NCBI GenBank assembly: GCA_964187785.1
Contig: OZ076417.1
Location: forward strand, 16,740,001-16,804,000
Direction: 5' to 3'
Length of the DNA: 64,000 nucleotides
From: Amphiscolops sp. MND2022
Taxonomy: Eukaryota
How positions within the stretch are numbered: position 1 is the stretch's first letter; each line of letters opens with the position of its first letter. This document shows, piece after piece, positions 46,440 to 61,300 of this stretch. Position numbers and translations under genes: made by a program. A model generated the notes under the pieces. That model saw only the letters and a list, made by a program, of their open reading frames with translations, ran no database searches and was not told where the DNA came from.

Positions 46440-47950
46440 CGCTGATTGTTAGCGTTTGAATCGATTCGAATTTTTGAATCGGGTTCGAAGATGGAGATGG
46501 GAAGAAGAATCAATTTATCAAAAACAATCCACAGAGAAGTCTCTTGTGAAAAGCACGTCGTTGGAACAGCTGAGCAGCTTCCAAATGGCAGATTTAAAGT
46601 GGATTTGTCGTTCAAAAACGGAGCTCCTCCTGACTTCGATTTCAATGACGTCTCGCTGCTTCATACGTTTGGAAAAATGTTTGTTTTTCGGAAATGACGA
46701 ACTAAAAAACGACTATTGCGCTTTCATCAAAGCATTTGTTTACCTATATAGTCTTGACAAATTGAAAATTGACTCACCACAAGTCTTGGCCCGGAAACAT
46801 GTCTTCTTTAAAACAGACCTTGAGCAACGCAAAACCGCCGTTTTTCATTTTTTGAAAAACCCTATTTTTGAGAGCATATTTGACTTCGAACGCTTCTCTA
46901 GTTTTTCACAAACGGAACGAATTTTCCCATATGTTTATCAATTCATAGATAATCGCTGTTGGAAAAAGAAAAACTTTCAATTTCGATTCATTCAGGCTGA
47001 CCTTGATTGCACCAATTTTGCACCAAATCAAGAATTCGCTCCAGCAATTTCCACGCCTTGGAACGGCAAGCCGCTTTCTTCAAAATCTACGCTTTTGAAA
47101 TTCGCAGAATTTCTGAATAACGAAAGTTTAGTCGTTGTTGACTGCCGGCTGAACAATTCAGAATTACCCGACGTCACAGAAAACCATTTTGATATACGAT
47201 TGTCAACTTTCATATTTACTTGTGGAACATGCTCATCATCGAACTTTTCGTGTGTTCAATGAACCTAGTAATTGCCTATCTTCGTCAGGTTTTTGGGACT
47301 TTGAATGTTCGTGACCTGATTCGAAAAATTTTACACAACTGCGTGGACTGTATTCGACATGCCAAACCGAAAAAACCACCCATGATAGGCGATTTACGCT
47401 AAGAACGTGTTAAATCCAGTAAACCGTTCACTTTTGTTGGTCCTAAGTGTGCAGTTCATAACTTTGCTTACTCGTTGGCGTCGTCACGAAAGTCATTCAC
47501 CTGGATATTGTAACTTCGCTCTCGACGCCTGATTTTATTGCTTCGATGCATCAACGCTCGACACGGCCATCTGTCAGAGTTTTTCTCCGACAACAGATTG
47601 AACTTCGTAGCTGCTTGTAACGAACTTCGTGAGCTTCTTGAACTTATCAAACAGAAAGTATTAAAAACTTCGTACCCGAAAACAAGTGTAAGTGGAATTT
47701 CATTCCACCGTCTTCGCCCCACGTCGGTGCCTTGTGGGAACTTGTCGTCAAATCAGCTAAAACGCACTTGCGTAAGATCGTTGGTAGCCCGTCACTTAGT
47801 CTAAGAAATTGAACACTGTAATTCGCCAAAATAGGCTTGTCTGAATTCGCGTCGACATTGTCAGAACAAGAGACCCCAAGGACTCAAACACGTTGATGCC
47901 AAGCTACTTAGATGACTGCACAAACAACCTGCTGGGCCACACACAGTGCT
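46440..47950 (+). mobile_element. Decayed BEL/Pao retrotransposon pol remnant
   Basis: NGRFKVDLSFK (BEL GRy.V.LPfK); IAYLRQVF...KILHNCVDC...PPMIGDL*ERV..SKPF (integrase zinc-binding region); FSDNRLNFVAACNEL (SDNgtNFvga). Confidence 0.75.
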
Positions 47951-49082
47951 GGGAACTTTTTCAGAAGCTCCTTAAACTAAATTCAGCTAATAGTAACCGA
48001 AAAAACCACCCTAGAGTGAGTTCAATTGGCTCTCAGGAGATTGAAGATGGTTACGACATCAGATTTTTAAAAAAGGGAATTGGTGTACTGATCATTGTAG
48101 ATAAAACGTTTTAAGTAAAGCAGTATGTGTTGATCTTAAAATACTAAAACGAAATTGGGTTACTTTCGTTTGGTATGAGTTCCAACATGAGTGTTATTGC
48201 GAAACAAGCTTTAGAAAGGAAATTAGAGTAATTTCAACTTTCTCAAATTTTTGTGAGGTCATTTAAACAATTAAGGTTGAAAGGTTTCTCATCGACAGGT
48301 CCCATTAGAACATAGGCGAACTGAAACCGATTGTAAAGCTTGCTTCGATTCTTAGCTTGCTTTCCATCTAACCGTTTCTTTTTGAAGATAATTCCTCTCT
48401 CAGTTCGAGACATGAACAAAAGTGATAGTCGTTGCTGTTTAAACCTAGGTTACACTGGCTGGAAGTTTGAGTTTGACAAAGAACCCTTTGTGCGTTGTAA
48501 GTTTTATCATTTTCTTCTATTGTTAGAAAGGATGAAATTGTCGCACTAATCTTTGTATCTACCAGTTGAAAAACTCGGTGTTGTTAGTTTTTTCTTTCAA
48601 TTTCATCAGATGACAAAAGAACTACGCATTCAAAAAGCGGTTAGTGCTTTCAAGGAAACTACAATTTTACAATCGCTCCGTAACATCTCCGTGTGTATTA
48701 ACATTTAGCTATATTTGACCAGCGACGTGACGTAGGAGCTACGTCAGGCATTTCTAGAAATCATTCCATGTCAATAAGTGGTGACGTCACAAAATCGTTC
48801 TTATCAGCCTGAGCACGTGAATATACCGGCCGAGAAGCAAAATTATTGGTCCACTGAATGTGTAAACTAGAATACTAGTTTTGCTGGGGGACGCGGCCAT
48901 TACGTTGTGAATATTTGCTCAGATTACTTCTCTGTAACTTTGGTAAATTTTGAAGCTGAAAACAATCTGTTGTACTATTATTTGTGTGTTTGTTTCTTTT
49001 TTCGATCGTTCGAACTCCGTGGGGATTGCGCAGTTAGATTTTATATTGGGTATTTTTTTCAGGGTGGAACAGAGCTAATTTC

Positions 49083-51263
49083 TGTCACAGCCCCAGCTAA
49101 GCTGTGAAACCTGTCACACAATAAGCGCGGTCTTCGAAGAAGGAAATTGGAATTAGACCGAAACAGAAGAAAAGGCAAGTGAAATAACCAATATACAACT
49201 AACTTATTACTATTATAAATTATTACTTTAAATCAAATTGGAGCTAAAACTATTATTATATATGTATAAATACTAATAATTACATAATTTCATACAAGAA
49301 TATATACGTACACACACAGTGTACCAACAAGTACGGAGCTATTAGTGCAGTTAATAATAATAATAATACAGTGCTATATTATTAATAGTAATAGAATCAC
49401 ACCGCTCAACAAACGGTTTGAAAGATTAATGGCGGAACCGTGGCCTGGCGACCGGCCTCAGATTTACGCAATGAAGCGGCGGCCTGGCAAGCGGCCTGAA
49501 ACTGGAATGAGCTATTTAACACTATGCAGCAGTGAACGCGCTATTAAATGATTACAAGTAAAAGTGTTGATGCAAACAAAGACAACTAATGTGATGATTT
49601 ACATGTAATTCCCTGAGTAATGTACAAATTGTGTTGATTTTAACTGGAAGCAATGTACCGCGGCCCAGGAAGTGGCCTGAAATGTAAATTTATAAAATCC
49701 ACTGTAGAAATGGAAATTGTTAATACGGTTGATTATTTTTACCCGATAACTAAACGCTCACAATGAAAAATGACCGAATAATGGTCAAGAGTGTTGTGCA
49801 GTACTATTCACCTATGTAAACCAAGATTAATTATTAAATGTAATAAACTGTAGCCCAGGACACGGCCTGAAATCAGGTTTGTCCAAATCCATCCTAAAAG
49901 TGAAAATATCGGTACTCCCGATTACCCACCGTCCCATCAGTGAAACCACGTCCCAAATACGCAGTATAATAAGAATTAGTGGTTGATTACATGCAGTTTG
50001 TGACCATTTATCCATGTATCAATACTTAACTTTGAATGCATTAAACCACGGCCTAGACACCGGCCTGGGAATTAAATCGTTGACTTGAGTTATTTAATCA
50101 CTATTAATGATTTGTACTACCCTTTTAAAATTAATCCTCATTTAAACTGGATTGAGAAATGACCTGGATCGCATCCCCAAGTTGATTTAAATCACAAAAT
50201 TGTTAGTCGTTGCTATTTTTTGATAAATCAGTTATTTTGCTTTAATCGTCTCGGACCCCAACCTGAGACCGAGCTTTGTCCTTTCATACCTAATCAGTGT
50301 TTTCATGCCCACACGAGTGGTTTTACGAGCCTAAGTGCAGTTTCGTTGAAATAACTATTATCTGGAGTAATATTTAAATCAGTTAAATCGTTTTGGGAAT
50401 TTTCTAATTTCCATAATTGTCGTTGCTTTAATTTCATCTTTCCCGCTTTTTAAAAGCGAAATGTTGAATCATCGCTCATTTTATTGCTGATTTCAGCTTC
50501 GGCGTCCTGAAAAGGCGGGAATTGGAGGTGAAGGAAAGCGGAGTCGCAACTCAGGCAGGAAGTGGACGCGTGCTTTCCTCGGAAAGCATGAACAAACTGA
50601 GAGCCTGAGTTCGACAAAGCGGAACTGAACTTCCGGTTTCTCCGCCTTGAAAGGACGCCGGGCTGAATAAAGCGTGAAAGTGGTGCGGATTTTTCTCCGC
50701 TTCACGTGGGTGAAAGGTATATATACTTGGAAAAATTAAATAAGTGCAGTTGAAAAATAATAATTTGATAGATTTTGAAAATTCAATAACCGCTTCCTGT
50801 AAAGCAACTTTGTTTTCTCTTGTTACAAAACTCAATTGAAGATTAAAAATCTCAACTTTTCTTCATTCTTTGTCGAATAGTTTGAATCTGTGAACCTAAA
50901 ACCCAAAAATGCCCGAAAGATCCTCTAAAAGGAAAGCTAGAAGTGATTCAGTATCCAGTTCGCTAGGTGAACCTGAGGCAGCTAGCCAAAGGACTGAAAA
51001 TGCACCCAGTATTTCCGATCGCGATTTTTCCGAAATCTCTGAGAAAATCGAAAAATCAGTTGGTAGAAGAATAAAAGACGCCGAGACTGGGCAAAGGGAA
51101 ATTCTGAAGATGATCGAGAATTTATCTTCAAAAATAGATTCATTGTCCGGCCATCCGCCTAGATTCGAAAATCCCATAGTAGACCTCTACGAACCTGAAA
51201 ATCAAGCCTCGTCATCAAGGCCAACTACGTTGAACGAGTTGCACCCATCCCAGGGTCAACACA
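49083..51263 (+). repeat. Element 2 5' LTR (2181 bp)
   Basis: TGTCACAG...CAACACA followed directly by the PBS; the first 1048 bp match 62953-64000. Confidence 0.92.
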
Positions 51264-51276
51264 TGGTGACAGGAGT
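51264..51276 (+). promoter_or_regulatory. Primer binding site TGGTGACAGGAGT
   Basis: Identical to the Element 1 and Element 3 PBS; abuts the LTR terminal CA. Confidence 0.88.
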
Positions 51277-52472
51277 GTTCTCCCAAACAGAAGCACCGCC
51301 CCGATCATCGAGCCTACCGCCTCCTAACCAGAAATACCCGGATCACATAGTGGACAAGCTGCTAGAATCACTCAGGAATGTCACCCAACAAAACATAGGG
51401 CTCCCCAGATTGCCCAAGGCATTGTCAACAACCATGCCCACAATCAAAGGAAAGAACGACAAGTTTGAGCACTTTGAAGACCTCTTCATGACCAGCCTCA
51501 AAGTGTATCCCAACATATCAGAAGAGAAGCAGATCCACTATTTCCACTCCCTACTCAGAGATGACGCTCTGCAGACCTACCGCAACATGACCGACACAAA
51601 CCGTGCCAGCCTAGACGACATCATAGCGACCTTATGACCTTATGACATCATAGACGACGATATGTCCGCCCCCAATCTATCGCAACAGCCCGCTGCAAAT
51701 GGGAACAACTCCATTTTGACCCATCTCAACAAACCTTCCAAGACTTCTTGGAGCAGTCTCAAAAGCTGGCTCAAGAAGCATACGGTGACGATGCCCCCAA
51801 GTTCGTCGAGACGTCCTTCTTTGCCAAAATGCCAACCCAAATCAAACGAGTCCTGAACCAAGCAAGGCTAGAAACTGAATCTTACGAATTGATGGTCCAA
51901 CACTTAGAGAGAGAGATGGAGTTAAACGGACTGTTAGCCCCCAACGAGACCAACATAACAGGAGTGCATCAAATCGACGCAATAGACACACAGCAAGCTA
52001 CGAATCCTCCCAAACCGTCAGGACCATGCTACGGATGTGGGCACTCCGGCCATGTTATCAAAAACTGCAGGAAAGTAGCCCGCGAAGCCCGCAATAGAGG
52101 TAACAGGGTGCCCACCAAAATTGTCGATCCATGCGAAACTTGTGGCAAGAAAAGCCACACAACCCAAGAATGCTACTCAGGTGCCAACTGGGCAAATCGA
52201 CCACAGTGGTGGAAAACCCCCAAAGCCACGTCCCCAAATAACATCCCGATACCTCCACAATCACAAGGTCAGTATGCCAAAAACACTTTCCAAGCGACCC
52301 AACCACCGTGCCAGAACCAAACAACCAGCCAAATGGGCTACCTACCCCCTCTCCCAATGTCAACCCAAACACAAACCCAGTACCACAATCAAGCAACTAG
52401 CCAAATGGGCTACATGCCGCCGGCGCAAGCGACAACCCAACCCCAAAACCAACCCCAGGAACCGAATCAGTC

Positions 52473-52479
52473 AAAAAAC
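52473..52479 (+). promoter_or_regulatory. -1 ribosomal frameshift heptamer A AAA AAC just before the gag stop
   Basis: Canonical X XXY YYZ in the gag frame; the -1 frame is open and continuous with ORF 52575. Confidence 0.75.
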
Positions 52480-55400
52480 TAAATTCGCCACATCTTCAGT
52501 TTGGGAAGGAGGTCGACACACGACACTTCACAACATCGGAACCCCCAAACTCTTACGACCATGAAAAAATCACCGTGCGCTGTGAACAACCATCTCTCGA
52601 ATGGCAGCGAAGATGGCAAATCCACAGGCTCCATAAGTACAACCGTCAAAATACGACCAAAAAAGACTACCCACAATGGTACCTTAACAACCCGAACGAC
52701 TACGACACTCCAAAACGACCACTACCCGAAACTACTACCCCTGAAACCTATATACAAGATCCCGACGTCAACTGCGACCCCTATCACAACCCCAAAATCT
52801 ACGACAAAACAACTTTAACCTTTAAACAACGAGAGTGCACGCCATTTGAGGAATTTATCAAGACAACCGGGATGAATATATCCACAGAACCACGCCACAG
52901 ACCGAAAACCATCCAACCGGTCCCAGAGTACGACCAAGACACAGAACGAGTGACGGAAATACTAGTCGACGAATCGACTACCAGGCCAAAGTCCATACTT
53001 AAAAACCATGGATCCCAAACCACGGTTCCACAATCACCACCAAAACACCAAACAGCCAACTCCATCAGAGCCGGAATCGTACGATCCCCAACAATGGACG
53101 TGGCACCAGACTGTCACCAAACCCAAAAACTCACCGACAGGACCACGACTGAAGCCGTGGACCTGACCCAAACTACAACCAACACGGAGATAACAATCTC
53201 CACACCGCAAACAAGGAGAATAAAAAGGTCTCTACTCCTAGAGCCCCTCTCCTACAACGAGGCGTCGCCCTCACCCCCCTCCCCAAGAAGTCAGCCCGCA
53301 AATGAAGTCGAGGACCCTCGACCCATTACGGCTGCCGAAACCAACATGCAATCTGAATCCCCCTCAGGTGCTGTAATCGACACACCGACACAGGACGAAC
53401 CTCAGTCCTACCCCGAGGCTCAGATTGCAGAATACAAGAGACCCCATCACCAAAGAAGAATGCATCCCAATCTTCTCAGCGGTGACCCTTAAGAAGAAAA
53501 AGAAGATGCTATTCGCCCCCAATGGACTTCCAGGACTTGACCTTGGACGCCCTCATCGACTCCGGAGCACTGGTGAACTGCATCTCCGAAACCGATTACA
53601 ACAAAATCCTCCAGATGTCCCCCAAGGACATAGTCAAAGAACTGGAACCACCACCGTTCAAACTCCAAGTCGCAAACGGCGACATTGAAACCCCCACCAA
53701 GACCATAATCCTCCAATTCGAAATCGGGGACTGGAATTTCAAAGAAACGTTCATCGTCGCAAAACGACTCACAGGCCCAATACTCGGCCTCACATTCCTG
53801 AAAAACAATAGCGCCATTCTGGATGTAAGCCAAGGCCTACTCCACTTCCCCCATCTAACGTACTCGATTGAAACCGATGAATGTACCCGCAACAGAAAAC
53901 TATACAAAGTACAAGTCAAGAGTCCACTCACCATTCCTCCTGAAACAACCCAGACAATCACCGCCTACAGGGACATAACATCTACCATCGACACAACCGG
54001 TGTCATCAACCCAGCCACCAACCATTGCAGCGGTGACCCTTTGGTCGTAGCCAGCTCGATATCCACGGCCTCCAACCGGAAAATTGACGTCAGAGTAACC
54101 AACACTACCCCCACGCCTTACACCATAAAAAAGAATACAACTGTTGCTGAGTTCAAAATCATGTCACCCGAAGAAGCCAAAGAACTCAAACCACTCAACA
54201 CAGCAGCACTAAAAGTACTCACGGAGGACGACTCAGAAGACGCCATAATATACATCAACGAACTCCTGAAAACTTCTGACCAACCTTCTCACAGTCAAAA
54301 CTTTTGGTTCCCCACACCAGATAACCCTGGAGACCCAAATACCCACACGCCAATTCAGAGCAGGATACTGAGGGAATTCAAAGAACTGGAAGAGATCCAG
54401 AAGCTGGACCCCAACAACAACGCAGAAGACCGAGACGCATTCCTCAAAAACTTCAAATGGGATGACTCCCAGCTAACAGAAAATGACCAGAAAGACATCC
54501 AAGAAATACTGATAGAGTTCAATGATATCTTGGGAGGCACCGATTAGACATCGGAATTAACCATGATTTCAAACTCACGCCAAAAACGGACGACCCAGTC
54601 TACTCGCAAAGCCTGCCCTGCCCTATTAACTTGAAAGAGGACTTGACAGTGGAACTAGCATTAATGCATTACTTCGGGATCATAACAACCCTCCCGTTCA
54701 GCAAGTACGCCAGCCCAATCTTCGCCCAGCGCAAACCAAATGGACGACTGCGCCTCCTATTGGACCTCCAAAAGATCAATAATTTGATCTCCGACGACTA
54801 TGTTAACAATAACCATCCGGTCAGCACACTAACCGACGCTGCACAACACCTCGCCGGCAAGAAGTTGTTTTGTAAGCTTGATTGCTCACAAGCTTACCAC
54901 GTACTGCAGATGGCAGACCAGAAGTCCGTCCAGCTCATAGCCTTCAACTTTGCCAGCAGAACGTTCGCGTACCTGAGACTGGCCCAAGGACTGAGCCGCT
55001 CACTATCGTCCTTCTCAAGTTTCATGAGGGAATACCTGGACAAAGCCATAAAGGCGGACAAATGCGCCCAATACGTGGACGACATTGGAATCGCCACAAA
55101 CACTCCCGAAGAGTTGAAAAACAATTTGGGAGAGGTTTTCCAATGCATCCGTGCCGCAGGACTCCGGCTCACAATGGCGAAATGTCAGTTCGGCGCCAAG
55201 GAAGTCGAATTCCTTGGGCGAACGATCTCCCCATCAGGAGTGGCACCCCACAAGATCCAGAAATACTTACAAACACTCAAGTTCCCTCGAACGAAGAAAA
55301 GACTTCAACGATACATCGGATTCGTGAACTATTACCGAAACTACATTCCCCGATTATCCGAGAAGATAGCTCCTTTCCACGAACTCATCAAATCCGACAA

Positions 55401-57921
55401 ACCTGCCAAAATAGATCAAGAACTCATAACCAACTTTGAAGCCATCAACAAGTCGTTAGACAACGCATGTGACCTCTGGCTCAAACAGCCGCTGCCAAAC
55501 CGGCAGTATGTCCTAATGAGTGATGCGAACTTCAAGAACGCTGGCTATGCCTTGATGACTGAAGAAAACCCAGAACAGAAACTCACCTCCACCAAGAAAA
55601 CATACGCCCCCGTGGCATTTGGCTCTAAAACTTTCTCCCCGTCACAATTGAAATTGTCAATTTATGCCAAGGAGTTTTTAGCCATTTATTTCGCCTTCAT
55701 GGAATATAGCCACATTTTGTGGGGTTCCTCCAAACCAACCATTGTCCTAACAGACAATAAATCAGTCACAAGGTTTTTTCAAACCAAAATGATCCCACCC
55801 TCCCTGTGGAACGCCTGTGATTTTGTGCTTCAATTTTACTTCAAAATTGCCCATGTGCCAGGAAGGATGAACACGGCGGCAGACTTCCTCTCCCGATTGG
55901 ACATCAATCCAAAAGAAAAAGTCCTTCTCCAAATCAGGGAAGACATCCAGACCACGCCCATCCAAGTTAACATCCAATCCTCAGACATACATGAGGAGGA
56001 TCAATTCTACTTTTTGCAAGAAGACGATTCTGAAACTGAAGAAGATATCTGGGAACGCAAACAACGTGCCCGAAAGAAAATCTATAACCCCCAAGAACAG
56101 CCAACTGATCTTCAAATCGATACCACCGAACCAAGCTCACAAACAGAGAATCTGCCCCTGGTTTGCAACAACATCCAAGACCCGGAACAGGAACAAAGGC
56201 GTCAGCTACACAATGAAACCAATTTTCCTCGCAGCCTAAGACCACACCAGGACCAGGACCCCGTCCTCAGAAACCTCAAACTCAAAATATTGAAGGAACC
56301 GTACGACACCCAACTCCTCAATGACGATCCCAGAGCAACGAAGTATCTAGCCCAAGAAGATAGGATCATTATCAGAGATGGACTCCTATATAGGCAATAC
56401 TTTGGGGACACTGGAAAAGTCAAATATTTACAAGTGATGCTCCCCCAACAACTTGTTGATGAATTCATACAACACCACCATGGCAAATATGGAAAACACC
56501 CGGGAATAGCCAAAACTATCCAACAATGCCGCGAGAAGTACTACTTCCCAGGACTTGCCGCCCGAATAGCTAACCATATAGCGCACTGTATGGAATGTGC
56601 CCAGACAAAGAGAACACCCAACAGCACCATCACACCACCGCTGATCGACATGTCAAAAGTAGCAATGGGACCCGAAGATGCACTCCAGATGGACATAGTC
56701 CCTTTTGATGACCCATCAGGAGGCTATACCGCAGTCATTACTGCAATGGACGTGTTCTCCAGATATCTATTCGCATACAGTGTCACCAGAATCGATACCA
56801 AGACAGTCACACGAGTCCTCACAGACATCATAACCAGGCATTGCTACTTACCCACAACAATAATAACCGACAAGGGATCCCAAGTTATATCAGAAGCAAT
56901 GCATCAAACCACAGCAACATTGGGAATCCAATTGAAACACGCCACCACAAAACATGTCCAGACGATCGGCATTCTAGAGAGGACTCACGCCTCCCTGAAA
57001 AAAAGTCTCAAAATCATGACAGGAGAACGACGCACTATGTGGCACCAATTCCTACCGATGGCAGTACTGAACTACAATACCTCATACCACACATCCCTAG
57101 GCTGCGAACCCAGCAGGGTGTTTCACGGAAGAGTGCCCTACAACGTACTCGACTTGAAATACGGACTCAAACCACAGCCTCCTACCCCAATCAATCACTA
57201 AATAGCTGAGGAAGTGTTGCAGCAAACACGACAAATCCTCAACCAAAGTCAGCAAGCACTGATGCAGGCCTATGTACGTCATAAACGCTATTATGACAGA
57301 AAGGCATCAGCAAACCCACTGGTAGTAAACGACTACTGCTATGCATTGCATCCAAAGGCGCATAGCCAAGCCACAAAACTGCCGTTTCGGAAATACCTTT
57401 GGACGGGACCATATATCGTGGTCAAAGCCCTACCTAATAATAATTATTTAACCCGAAAACTCCAAACGAACCTCACCCAGATCCTGCACAGAATCAGACT
57501 AAGGCTATTCGCAAGCAGCCACAAACTGCCTGACATCTCAGTTTCGCCTAAAGATTTCCAGCAGGACACAGAGGTAATCATACAGCACGATGACCTCTCC
57601 GCAATGGCTTGGCAAGAACTTTATCAAGAACCCCCTACCCACCCCGGAAATAGCCAGTCACCCGAACCCGAAGTAATACCCCAAGCACCGGAAACAAACG
57701 ATGCCCTTATGTACCCCAGCCCTTTGAACCCCGACCCAATGCACGGGCCTGAAAGCAATAGTAACCACCCAGGAAGCCACACGGATGACCCAGTCCTAGA
57801 TACCGAAGATGAACCCGAAGATCATACACCCGTTCCTAAATCCCCCGAAAATCCCATTACAATCTCCGACGAAACCCAGCTTCAAATTGGAAATCAGATT
57901 TCGCATATTACAACGCCTTAG
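52473..57921 (+). pseudogene. pol: Pol (PR, RT, RH, IN) with several frameshifts and a nonsense codon
   Basis: LIDSGALVN, QYVDDIG, MSDANF, HHHGKYGKH...CMEC, LQMDIVP, TDKG, ILERTH; breaks near 53430-53520, 54540 and 57201. Confidence 0.95.
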
Positions 57922-58377
57922 AGATAAACTCTGAAAATTCCTTAAATCAGAACGAAGGCCTGGACGACGGCCCAGAAATACAGATTCTAGAGGACCTCGG
58001 CCCTGACAGTGGCCTGAGATCAGAAAACTGAAAAGGCCCCAGGCGCTAACCTGGACTGCTATACTGCGACTCATATCCAAATATCCTCAATTCATAATGG
58101 CTCTCTCTCTCTCTTACACTCTACTAATCTACAACTTGGATGAAAACAATACAGAGGCTAACTACTAAATTGACTGACCCAACGGATCATTGATCTGCCT
58201 CAAATTTTTTCCTATCGCTCCATAATATCAGAGCATGATTTTTTTTCTCTTTTTCTATCAAAGGAACCGACACGCGGAACCCAACTATATGAGAAGAACA
58301 ATGACTAATTCCAACAAGAACAATAAAAACAAAATACAAAGAAACAGTTTCATCAAAGTCTTTAGTTACGATATTAT

Positions 58378-61300
58378 TCAACACGACTTTCCCTGTCGAA
58401 CGTTCTTTTTACTCCCTTTCTTCTTTTCGGACGCTGGACTAGTAGTGCCCTGTTGAGATCCAGAAGCTACAACAAGAGACGCAGTATCAGCTACAGACGT
58501 ACCTCCAGAGGTCTCTTCTCGAGAAGACGGGCCGGCTGTATTACGAGCTCTCCACTCATCAATCTGCCCAGCATAATAAGCAGTATAACATCGAAAGATA
58601 CTTCCGAAGACATTTTCATATGGATGACGATTGAATCCACCCCAGGGATCAAAGGTACTGCACGCCAAGAACAGATGACCAACTAACAGATTACTCTTTA
58701 ATTCTGTAATACACTCCACTGTCAGAAGCTCAGTTGATACAAACTTGGGCTGAATAACAAATGACTGAACACCACTCAAACCAGTCTGGATCACTGACAG
58801 AGGCACACTACAACCACTAGTCGATATTTCAACGTGAGGAAGAGGACGAGGAGCAGGACACACAATCACGCGCACGAGACGAACGACCTGCCTCACATGA
58901 GCCCGGCACTGGAAGATATCAAGAGACTCCAAAAAACTGAATACTTCATCGATTTGGGAAGAATCCACAGAACGTCCCCGCAACTCCACGACCAAAGACT
59001 TGAACTCGTTTGATGCAGCCTCACGCTCCACACCATCTAGACAACCAGACTCCTGCAAACAGGCAACAAGGTCCTGGAATAAGTCTGCGACGTAATCGGC
59101 GTCCCCGCCCAGCAACATGTCCACACTTAAGGAACTCAACGATCGGGCAATCCGTGAATGGGCGTAAGGACTGGAACTGAGCTGCTTCAAAAGTTCAAGT
59201 AAACATCCCTGACACTCGCGCAAGAAAGAACGACGAGGGGACTCATCCAACCCTCGGAGAGCTTTCAAAATATTGGGTTCCCCCTGCAGACACTCAGCAA
59301 CTGTCACATTGGCCCAACTATTCAACGGCTTTGACACATACTAGGACCACTTATCGATTGAAGGCAATTGGCTGAGTTTCTTGACCTTGCTCAACAGGCT
59401 CCAATAGAAGAAACAGAAATCACTGAAGTTCCTGCAACCGTAGTCCCGCACAGAAGACTCAAATTGCTTTTTAAAATTAGAACGGAAACACAGAAACACC
59501 ACATGCAATAAAGCAAGACGAGGCAATCCCAAACTATTCGAGCACAACAACGAATCCAGATCAACAACGTTAACGTTCGTCTTCATCAAGAGAGTATCAT
59601 TCGACAGGCAAATCTTGATATCTGACCAATTATCCAGCAGCTCCTGGGCCACATCACACCAAGAGGCAGCAGGTATGACACCAGACTCCCGGTACGGAAT
59701 CGAGGCAAGTTCAATAACCAAGCTTGATGTCGGACTCGCTTCAGGCGCTGCACCAAGTATTCCACAGTCGCAAAGGGGTCCACTGACCCGACGCACATAA
59801 AACTAGCATCATGCATCAAACGACGCAGAACATCACAGTCGAAGACAATAGCAGCAATTGGAACAGGTCGACCGACAGCTTGGCACCAATCCACGTAGGC
59901 ATTGAACAGCACAGGAGGACAACCTTGGATGGAAACGGGGCCCTGACGAGTTGGCACAAGCGATAACACTCGAGCCAAACACTGAATCTCCGTCTCACAG
60001 GAGACTCCGCCAAACTCCACATCAACCAGACAGATCTCACGTACAGAATCGTCGGGACAACAACGGACGACACACTTCACTCCTGAGAGTGAAGACTGCA
60101 GCGCCAAGCTAAAAGGACTGTCACCCAGCCACGATTTCACACGTCGAAGAACGCGAGGGAAAAGAGTTTGGACAATAACAACCAAAGTCTCCGTCTTACT
60201 CCAGCTCACGGAAGCATAGGGACTCTCCACGGGCAAGGTCGTCCGAAATTGGTTCCAGAGACGACGCAGGAACACCTGTGACCCTCCACTCCTCAGCAAC
60301 TCGAAGAGGCATCCAACGAGAGTCGTCGGCGGTACATTGGAAGGGACGCCAACCAGTGCATCGACCTCGTCCTCCACAAACTTGTTCATTCTGCCGAGAG
60401 TGACAGGGGGCGTCAGTTCAATTTCAGCTCGTAATTCAGCAGACACCTCAGCAACGGGGATGGCATCTAAGTTCTCGCTGTAAATAACATCCTCATGGTC
60501 CAGACGGTAGCGGCGGTCTTTCAAATAATGCCCCTTGCACTTAAAATGCCTCCAGATGCCTCGGGGACCCCGGGATAAGAAGGAGACATCTTTCCGACAA
60601 ACGGCACAATTGAAACCATTGGGGCTTTTGTCAGTACGCCTGCTGACGAACAGACGCGGAATTGGATGATTGACCATAGCTTTAGTCAATACATGACGCT
60701 CAGTCTGTTTCTTCTTTCGCTCTTCATCGCGGGCCAACAATCGCTCCTTCTTCGCCTCCACAGGATCCAGGACGCGCCCAGGGTCACTTGCGTCGATCCC
60801 TTTTTCTTTTAAGAGCCGCGACAATTCTTCAAATTCTGCAACATACAACACCAATGAATGACCCAATATCCTATGACGAAATATCAACAACCCAAGTAGA
60901 ACAGACAAACAAAAGTAGACAACAACACAAGACCAGACGGAAGACAATCAGAGAACACTAGGAAATGAAACAACTTCAGAAAACGACTTACGCTTTGCCA
61001 GGGTCTTAGTCTCCTTCAGAGTCTCTGTCCGCTCAGCCCGAGCAGCACTACGAGCGAGCATCACGCACTGGGCAGCAGACATCATCATGGGCGACCCAGG
61101 AGAAACAGTTTTCAGACCCACTGAAAATACACGAAGATAAAGTACAAGCCACCCGTACATTATTTCCCCAGTTTAATACAACAAAACGATCACTAAAGAA
61201 AACGCAATCATCAACAAAATAACAACCTCATTCAACAATACCTTTTTCCCAGTCGTTGTACACGACCGAAGGCTCCAGTCCGATTGCATCACGGCCATGT

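Larger units (their letters stand above)
50909..52482 (+). pseudogene. gag: Gag, starting inside the 5' LTR and broken by a small tandem duplication near 51630-51655
   Basis: FEHFEDLF...IHYFHSLLRDDALQ is homologous to Element 1 Gag; CCHC knuckles CYGCGHSGHVIKNC and CETCGKKSHTTQEC. Confidence 0.9.
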
